DNA of 64,000 nt from the human T2T-CHM13v2.0 reference genome, Homo sapiens, in NCBI RefSeq assembly GCF_009914755.1, contig NC_060928.1; one strand, given 5' to 3'. Positions 54,512-64,000 of the stretch are shown one piece after another. The position numbers and the translations under genes were made by a program. The notes beneath the pieces were generated by a model, which was not told where the DNA came from, made no database searches, and saw only the letters and a program-made list of their open reading frames with translations. Each line of letters starts with the position of its first letter. Within the stretch, counting starts at the first letter, position 1.

Positions 54512-54914
54512 CTACTGATTTGAGTTAGCCAATATAACACTATCTTAGATAAAGTGTACAAACAACTCAATTTCATCTCCTCATTAATAACTGATTGGTC
54601 TAATATCAATTCTGATTTTTAAAAAGCTAATTAGAAAAAGAATTAATTATAGAACCAATAAGAGGTTTGAATAGTTACAAGCTATTCAAAGGAGAATTCA
54701 AAAAACCATTCAGGTATGAGGCCATAAAGTATGATGAAATAAATTTCATTAATATATTTTAAAATAAACTGATTAGACAGGCAACAACACCTGGGCACGG
54801 GTCTCCTCACCTCCAGCAACACAAACCCAATCGCGCAGCTATGGGGTTGCAAAGGCTGCATAGTGACAAACAGACTGCTCTGAGCTGAGATTTCTTTACT
54901 TGTATCTGTATTCT

Positions 54915-55348
54915 GAGACCGGGTCTCACTCTGTCACTCTGGCTGCAATGCAGGGGTGCACTCATAGCTAACTGCAGCCGTGACCTCCTGGGCTCCGGGG
55001 ATCCTCTTGCCTCACCCTCACCATAGCTATGGCTACAGATGAACACCAAAACACCCAGCTAATTTTTTTTTTTTTTTTTTTGTAGAAAGAGGAGCCTTGC
55101 TATGTTGCCCAAGCTGGCCTCAAACTCCCACCCTCAAGAGATCTGCCCACCTCAACAACCTAAGTAACAGGTTCTACAGGAAAATACCACTATGCCGGGA
55201 TAATTATATTTTATTAATTTTTATTTGCATAGACAGGAGGTCTTGCTGTGTTGCCCAGGGTGGTCTAAAACTCCTGGACTCAAACCATTCTCCCATCTCT
55301 GCCTCCCAAAGTGCTGAAGCTACGGGCATAAGCCACTGCACCTGGCCC
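54915..55348 (-). mobile_element. Old Alu (J-type) plus an adjacent Alu monomer
   Basis: Reverse Alu at 54915-55198 and an extra arm at ~55215-55348. Confidence 0.8.
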
Positions 55349-55399
55349 GACTTAAGATTTCTGTAATCTAGCATCCCATACTTCATATAATTGGGAAAA

Positions 55400-55960
55400 G
55401 CAGTAGTGGTTTTTTTTTAATTACTTACTATTTCAACAAGAATCAACCATCTCTCACCATTGCCAGGGCCCTGGTCAGAACCATTATCATCTCCCACCTG
55501 GAGGTTGCCACAGCATGGCCTCCCTGCTTCTACCCAAATCTTCCCACAATCTTTCTCAACTCAGCTGCCATGGGATGCTTTTAAATCAGTAGACAGTTCG
55601 CGTCACCTCTCTGCTCAGAACCCTTCCTCATCTCCCATCTCAGACAGAATAAAAACCAAAGCCCCAGCAATAACCTCCCAGGGCTTACACAATCTGCACT
55701 GATCTGAGTCCAACAACTCCCTGGCCTCCTTCCCTACTTCTCTCCCTCTCTCTACTCCACAGACCTCTTTCCTGAGCTTCAGACACACCACGGAGTTCCC
55801 TCTTAGCATCTTTATTCTGTTGTTTCTGCCTACAATGCTCTTCCCTCAGTACCTTGGCCAGCTCCTTCCCCTCCTTCAAGTCTTTGCTCAATTTTCACTT
55901 AGGAGGCCAACCCTGACCACTTTATTTAATATTGCTATCTGTCCCTATTCCTGCCATGCT
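55400..55960 (-). mobile_element. Probable LINE-2 fragment
   Basis: Pyrimidine-rich L2-like text 'ccatctctcaccattgcc..catctcccacctgga..ggcctccctgcttctacc..ctctgctcagaaccctt'. Confidence 0.6.
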
Positions 55961-56194
55961 CACTCATTTCTTTTTTCTTTTTTTTTCTAAGATATAATCT
56001 CGCTGTGTCACTCAGACTGGGGTGCCATGGCATGATCACAACGCACTGAGACCTGGAGCTCTTAGGTCAAGAAATTGTCCTGCCTCAGGGCCAGACTTAT
56101 CGTGAACTGCTGGGCCAAAGAAACCATCCTGCCTCAACCTCCTAAATAGCTGGAATTATAGGTGTGGGCCACCAATTCTGGCTTCATGTTCATT

Positions 56195-56546
56195 TCTTCT
56201 TGCCGCTGTTACAAACTACCCTACATTGAGTGGCTTAATACACCACAAATCTACTAACTAAGAGGTCTGGGGGCCAGAAGTCCAAAATAGGTCTATTAAG
56301 GCTAAAGTCAAGGTGCCAGCAGGACTGCATCCCTTCTGGAGGTTCTGGAGAGAATATGTTCCCTTGCCTTTCCCAGTTGCTAAAGCCACTGCTATTCTTT
56401 GGCTCATGGCTCCTAACTGCATCTTCAAAGCCAGAAGCAAAGCATATTCGAATCTCCCTCTGTGACCTGTGCTTCCATCATCAAATCTCCTTCAATTCGG
56501 ACTCTCTTACCTCCCTCTTTCACTTATAAAGACCTCTTGTGATTGC
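56195..56546 (-). mobile_element. MaLR MLT1-type LTR fragment
   Basis: 'gctgttacaaactacc..gtggcttaa.acaccacaaat..ggccagaagtccaaaat..gtcaaggtgccagcaggactgcatcccttctggagg'. Confidence 0.75.
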
Positions 56547-56998
56547 TGGACACAGAGGCCGTGGCTCACAACCATAATCCCAACAGTTTAGGAGGTCAAA
56601 GCAGGAGAAACGCTTGAGGCCAAAACTTCAGGACCAGCCTGGGAAACACGGCGAGACCCCCTCAATTAAACAACAAAAAGAAATAAGAAAAAATTAGCTG
56701 GGCATGGTAGTATGCATCTGTAGTTTCAGCTACTTGAGAGGTTGTGGTGAAAGGATCGCTTTAGCCCCAGAGTTCAAGACCAGCCTCGGCAATATAACAA
56801 GATCCCATCTCTACAAAAAAAAATACAAAAATTAGCTGGGCATGGATGGTGTGCACCTGTAGTCCCAGATGCTTGGAAGGCTGAGGTGGGAGAATTGCTT
56901 GAGCACAGGTGGTTGAGACTGCAGTTAACTACAACACCATCACTGCACTCCAGATTGGGTGAAACAGAGACTCTGTGTTCAAAAGAAAAAGAAAAGAA
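56547..56998 (+). mobile_element. Three-armed (recombined) old Alu
   Basis: Left arm, hybrid right/left arm, then right arm, with two A-rich linkers (~56680 and ~56820). Confidence 0.8.
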
Positions 56999-57513
56999 AT
57001 ACACATTTGGTTTCTGCCCCTCATCCTGGCACAGAGCTTCTCAAGCTCTTATAAAGGCCTTGGTGATGAAAGTGATGGGGCATCTTCTGTTTCAATATTT
57101 GGTCTTAGTCCCAGGTTTCTAACACAAGAGCCTCTAAGACCTTTGGGATCACCATAGTAAGAATGCATTTGGTGATGTTACTGAGATGACTGGGTGACTG
57201 AAAGCTCCTAGACAGCTTCAGAAAAAGGGGTGGTTGTTGTCAGAAGAACAAACCATGTGATTAGAGGCTTGGAACTGTCAGCCTCACCCCCTGGGCTCCA
57301 GGAAGAAATAGTGGCCGAAGACTGACTTAATTACCAATGGTCAATGATTTCATCAATCATGCCTGCATAATGAAGCGTTCATAAGCGCCCTTAACAACTG
57401 GAGTTGGAGAATGTCTGGGTTGCTGAACACAAGGGAGATACCAGGAAGGTAACATGCACAATAGAGGACATGGAAGTTCTGTACCCCTCTCGACATACCT
57501 TGCCCTGTGTGTG

Positions 57514-57844
57514 TTTTTTTTTTTTTTTTGAGACAGAGTCTGGCTCTGTCTCCCAGCCTAGAGTGCCATGGCACAATCGTGGCTCACTGCGAACTATGCC
57601 TCCCTATCTCAAGCCCCATCCTCTCATCCTCTCACCTCAGCCTCCTGAGTAGCTAGAATTATAGGCACCGAGTAGCTAGAACTATAGATAACTGTGCCTG
57701 GCTAATTTTTAGAAAAATCTTTTTGTAGAGATGCATTTTCACCTTGTTACCCAGGCTGGTCTTAATCTCCTGAGCACTTAAGCGATGCTCCCGCCTCAGT
57801 CTCCCAAAGTGCTGAAATTACAGGCATGAGCCACTGTGCCCAGC
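57514..57844 (-). mobile_element. Alu (J-type)
   Basis: Reverse Alu with a small internal duplication near 57647-57690. Confidence 0.88.
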
Positions 57845-57914
57845 ATGTACATCTCTTTCACTGGCTGTTTCTGAGATTTAGCCTTTAAAATGAACCAGTA
57901 AAAGAAAATAAATT

Positions 57915-58215
<301 letters not shown>

Positions 58216-58642
58216 CAATCTGTTTTTCTGAGTTCTGCAAGCTGTCCGAGCAAATGATTCCACCCACCAATGGGGGTCATGAAACTCTGTTTTCTAACTG
58301 GTTGGTCAAAACTACATGTAACAACCCAAGACTTGCAATTGGCATGTGGAGTGAGGGTAGACTCCTGGGACTGAGCTCCCATCCTGCGGGGTCTGCACTA
58401 ACTCCAGGGAGTGTCAGGATGGAATTGTGGGATACCCAGTTGGGATCCAGATTGTCTGAAAATCAGTGTAGAAACTCCACATGCACATTTGGTCAGAGGT
58501 GTTTGACCGTAACTACTATTCATGAAAAAGGTCTACTCATTAGAACTAAAAATCACAAAATTGTAAGTTCTACAAAAACAAATCAACCTTATCTACCGCC
58601 CAGTCCTACTGAACTACAGAATGTGAGAACAGAAGGTCTGAC

Positions 58643-58760
58643 CATGGAGTCGAGAGCTGACAGGAATGTCACCATCATCCTGCTCTCCAAGGACTCCTCA
58701 TCTTCAACAGACTCCTCATCTTCAATGGGCAGGGTGGAAACTGCAACTTGTGCCATGATC
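58643..58760 (-). pseudogene. GTF2I/GTF2IRD2-family first coding exon (GTF2IP-type fragment), copy A
   Basis: ATG at 58756-58754 reads [38 protein letters not shown]|gt, compared with the GTF2I N-terminus [33 protein letters not shown]. Confidence 0.9.
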
Positions 58761-58976
58761 CTTGCACAAGAAAAGTAGTAAGAAAATGAGTGGTAGAAAT
58801 CCAGTGTCCTAAACTCACATCCGGAGCTGTGAGAGTTTTTTACTGGCTGGATAATTCACAGTTTTCTTGAATCAGGGGAAAAATAAGACTCAGAAACTAG
58901 GAGTTTTGCCCAAAACTCTCATCAGATACAGAATCCATCCGCTAACTATCTAGTATTATTTCCATAAGTTAGATCA

Positions 58977-59828
<852 letters not shown>

Positions 59829-59989
59829 AAGAAGTTCCTCTTCTTACTTAGAAAACAGATCACAGGGCATCAAGTAACACGTAAAATCCTTTATAATAAG
59901 CAGTATTATTTTTGGAAAACCTTTCCTAATATTTTGGTATCAGCAAAAAGCCTCAGATTAATTTCAAACACTATAAAAATACAATACAT

Positions 59990-60335
59990 AAACAGAAAAT
60001 ATTAACTGTCAGCAAGGCTATAGAGAAATTGGAAGCTGTATGCATTGCTTTTTGGAATGTAAAATGGTACAGCCCACTGTGGAAAATGGTTTAGCAGCTC
60101 CTTAAAAATATGAAGCATAGAATTATATGATCCATCAACACCCTTTAAGCGTATATACCCAAAAGAACTGAGAGCAGGGACTCAAACAGGTATTTGTACA
60201 CCCGATTAACAGCAGCATTATTCACAGTGGCCAAAAGGTAGCCCAAACCTAATGCCCATCAGTAGGTGAATAGATAAAGAAAATGTAATATATACATACA
60301 CAGAGTATTATTCAGCCATAAAAAGAAAAATATCT
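59990..60335 (+). mobile_element. Old L1M (L1MB-like) 3' fragment, followed by a truncated Alu arm (60336-60438)
   Basis: 'ggaatgtaaaatggtacagcccactgtggaaaatggtttagcag' and 'gagtattattcagccataaaaag'. Confidence 0.78.
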
Positions 60336-60596
60336 GGCCAGATTCAGGGGCTTACACCTGTAATCCCAGTATTTTGGGAGGCCAAGGTGGGCAGGTCTCT
60401 TGAGCCCCATATTTTGAGACCAGACTGGACAACATGGCACTTTTGGTTAGAAGTGTTTGACCATAACTACTATTCCAGAAAAAGATCTACTCATTAGAAC
60501 TACAAATCATAAAATTATAAGTTCTACAAAAACAAATCAACCTTATCTACCACCCAGTTCTACCCAATTATATCATATTAGAACAGAAGGTCTCAC

Positions 60597-60733
60597 CGTG
60601 GACTTGAGAGCTGATACGAGAAATGTCACCACCATCCTGCTCTCCACGGAATCATCTTCAACAGACTCCTCATCTTCCATGGACTCCTCATCTTCCATGG
60701 GCAGGGTGGAAACTGCAACTTGTGCCATGATCC
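60597..60733 (-). pseudogene. GTF2I/GTF2IRD2-family first coding exon (GTF2IP-type fragment), copy B
   Basis: Boundaries are ttttgcacag|GGATCATGGCA and TCCACG|gtgaga. Peptide [44 protein letters not shown]. Confidence 0.9.
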
Positions 60734-60974
60734 CTGTGCAAAAAAGTAGTAAGAAATTGAATGGTAGAAATGCAGTGTCCTAAACTCACATCCAGAGCTG
60801 TGAGAGTTTCTCACCGGCTGCCAAATTGTTTTTTGGGTCAGAGAAAAAAATAAAACTTGGTAACCTGGTACTCGACTTGCCCCAAACTCTCATCAGATAG
60901 AGAATCTATCTGCTAACTTTCTATCTAGTATTATTTCCATGAAGTTACATCAATATCACTCCCAAAATAAATCC

Positions 60975-63395
60975 AGGTGGAAGACTAAATCCAAAGCTAG
61001 CAGAAGGAAAGAAATAATAAAGAGCATAATTAGAGCATAAATCAATCAAATAGAAGGTTGGAGAGCAGTAGAATGAAAAAATGTAGATTCTTTGAAAGAT
61101 CAAGCCTTTCACTATATTGACTGAGCAAAAGATGGAAGACTAATTATTAAAATAATAAATGAAAGCAGAGCCATTACTACCAACTTTACAGAAATACAAA
61201 AGGATTATAGGAGTATACTGTGAACAACTGTCTAGCAACAAATTAGGTGCCCTGGATGAAATGGATGAATCGCTAGAAAGACACAAACTACCAAGGTGGC
61301 TCAAGAAGAAAGAGAAAATCTGAATAGACCTATAACCTAGGAGATTGAATTAGTAATCGAAAGCGATTAACAAAGAAACATTTATGACCAAATAGCTGCA
61401 TTAACTGGTGAGTCAACCTAACATTTAAAGAAGAATTAATACCATTTCTTCTCAAACTCTTCTGACAAAATATATGAAGAAGGAATACTTGCTAATTCAT
61501 TTTTTGATAACAGCATTATCCTTATACCAAAGACAAAGAGAGCACAAAAGAGAGAAATACAGCACTATATCCCTTATGAATATATAAGCAAAAATCTCAG
61601 CAAAATACTAGCAATACTAGCAAAATACTAGCAGCAATACTGTATAATCAAAGGATTGTAAACTATCACCCTTTGAGATTTATCCCCAAAATGCAAGGGT
61701 GGTTCAACATATAAAAAATCAATCAGTGTAATATGCTGTAACAGTAAAATGAATAAGCACGTGATTATTTCAATTGATGCAGAGAAAACATTGATGAAAT
61801 ACAACACCCTTCTATAATAAAAATACTCAATAAACTAGGCATAGAAGGGATCTTCTGCAACATGACAATGGGATGTACAAAAACCCAACAGTTAATATCA
61901 TGATCAATGATGAAACACTGAGAGCTGTTTTCCTAATATCTAGAAGAAAAGGATGGTGCATTTGCCACTTGTATTCAACGTAGCACTGGCAGTTCTAGCC
62001 AGAGCAATTAGGCAAGACAAAGAAATAAAAGGCATCTAAATTAGAAATAAAAAATAGGTGTAAAATTATATCTACACATGATCTTGTAGGTATAAAGCTC
62101 CAAACAAAACACAAAACCGATTATAACTAATAAAAGAGGCAGGATGCAAACAAACATAGGCAAATGAGCTATATTTCTATATAGTTGTAAAGAACTATGA
62201 AAACATTTTAAAAATTCCATTTATAATGACATCAAAGAATACGTTATTCAGGCATAAATCTAACCATGGTGGTATACACAAAACATTGCTGCAAAAAACT
62301 AAAGAGAGTGGAAATAAGTGGAAAGACATTCTGTGTTCACGGGTTGTAAGACAATATTGTTAAGATGACAATACCATCTAAAGTAATCTACAGATTCAAT
62401 GCAATACCATCAAAATCCCAAAGGCATTTTTGCAGAAACAAAGAAACTCATTCTAAAATCATACAAAAATTCAAAGGATCTGACAGACAAAACAGTCTTG
62501 AAAAAGAACATTGGAAAACTCACATTTTTCAGTTTCACAGCCTACTACAAATCTACAGTAATCAAGAGAGTGTGGTACTGGAATAAGACCAATAGACTTT
62601 CAGACAAATACAATAGAACAGATTTGAGATCCTACAAGTTAGTCCTCACATATATGGTCAATGACTGTTCAACAAGGTGGCCAAGTCTAGTCAAGGGAGG
62701 AAAGAACAGTCTCTTCAACAGCTGGATGTCAGTGCACAAGAGAGAAGTTAGACCCCTACCTTGCAGTATATACAAAAATTAATTCTAAATTAATAAAAGA
62801 CTTAAATGTAAGGACTAAAAATATGTAACTCTTAGAAGAAAACACACGGTAAACCTTTATGACCTTTGAGTTTTAAGTGTATTTTGAAATATGACAGAAA
62901 AGCACAGATAACAAAAGAAAATACACGAAAATTAGATTTAATCAAAATAAAAAAACCCTTTATGCATCAAAGGATACTATCAAGGGAGTGAAAAGACAAC
63001 CCATAATATGTGAGAAAATATGTATCTGATAAAATCAAAATGTGTATCTGATAAAAGCTTAATATCCCACAACTCAACAACAGAATTTCTAAGATCCCAA
63101 TTAAAAAAATAGGCAAAGGACTTGAACAGACATTTCTCCAAAGAAGATACACAAATGTCTAAGAAGGAAAAGAAAAGATGCTAAACACCATTATTCATTA
63201 ATAAAATGCAAGGCAAAACCCAAATGAGACGCCACTTTGCATCCACTAGTAAGGCTTTCATAACAACGACACAGAAAATCAATGTTGCTAAGGAGGTGGA
63301 GAAACTGGAGCCCTCATGAACTGGCTGCTAGGAATAGAAAATGATGCACTTGCTGTGGAAAAGAGTTTGGTGGTTCCTCAAAGAATCACACAGAG
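60975..63395 (+). mobile_element. Old LINE-1 (L1M-type) ORF2 region, decayed
   Basis: RT and C-terminal remnants 'tatccccaaaatgcaagggtggttcaacata' and 'caattgatgcagagaaaacattga', with peptides TIPSKVIYRFNAIP and YYKSTVIKRVWYW.K. Confidence 0.9.
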
Positions 63396-63397
63396 AA

Positions 63398-64000
63398 ACA
63401 GGCGCCGCTGGCTTGCAGGTTCTCCTGGGCTGGCGCGGGACGTCCCGGAATCGCAGGCGCGCATTCCTTCCCGCCTGAGGGCCCGCCTGGCCGTGACTCC
63501 TGCCCCTCTCCTCCTCCGAAGAGAGATCGGGGCCGCCCCAGCGGCCGTCTGCAGCCACCGGGGATGGGGCTGAGGGTCGGTTCCTGCCCCGGTGCAGCCG
63601 CCCCTGGGCAGACCGCCTGGCTTGGTCGCAGCCACGGCGACATCTAGCCCCAGTTCTGCGAGGCTGGGCGCGCCAGCCAGCTTGGGAGTCGCCCGGCGCC
63701 TGTAGCTGGGTGCCCAGGTGGTGGAGCATGCCCTGGGCCGCCTCTGGATCGCGGGTGCCCCTGGCCTGAGAGCCTGCCAGACCCTGCCCCGGCCCGGCTC
63801 CTCCTCTGTCAGAGCTCCAGGTCTCTATCCAGGGGCCCTCTGCAGCCACCGGGGATGGGGCTGAGGGCCGGTTCCCGCCCCTGTGCAGCTGCTGCAGGAC
63901 AGACCGCCTGGCTTGGCCACAGCCACAGGGACATTTGGCCCTGCTTCCGAGATGTGGGGAGTGTGGGCGAGCTCGGGAGTTGCCTGGAGGCTGCTGCCTG
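63398..64000. promoter_or_regulatory. CpG-island-like GC-rich segment with a ~291 bp tandem duplication (runs off the window)
   Basis: Abrupt rise in GC and CpG. 'tctgcagccaccggggatggggctgaggg' occurs at ~63548 and ~63839. Promoter function is not shown. Confidence 0.65.

Overview
This is primate (human-like) nuclear DNA, not microbial. It looks like a pericentromeric or acrocentric-type segmental-duplication mosaic, and I find no intact protein-coding gene. In order along the window: L1 and ERV pieces; a minus-strand relic of a POTE-actin-type junction (ACTB 3'UTR retrocopy end plus poly(A), joined to an ANKRD26-family coiled-coil exon); a 14-15 bp CCCCACTGACCAGG minisatellite; an ~18 kb tandem array of ~3.1 kb rearranged MaLR (MST-type) units; a processed SNX18 pseudogene; a second copy of the minisatellite; the last five exons of an ANKRD18/ANKRD20A-family pseudogene; an old NUMT (COX3-tRNA-Gly-ND3); a ~75 bp SATR-type satellite that changes orientation twice; L1, LTR1-like, MER47, MER21 and Alu-dense DNA; two tandem copies of the GTF2I-family first coding exon with an in-frame repeat expansion; and a CpG island at the right edge. 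Almost all listed ORFs are repeat-derived noise. The most notable pattern is many short, locally templated and mostly inverted insertions across unrelated modules. Family names come from recalled consensus and protein sequences, with no database search, and repeat boundaries are approximate. I see no evidence of a new protein-coding system.
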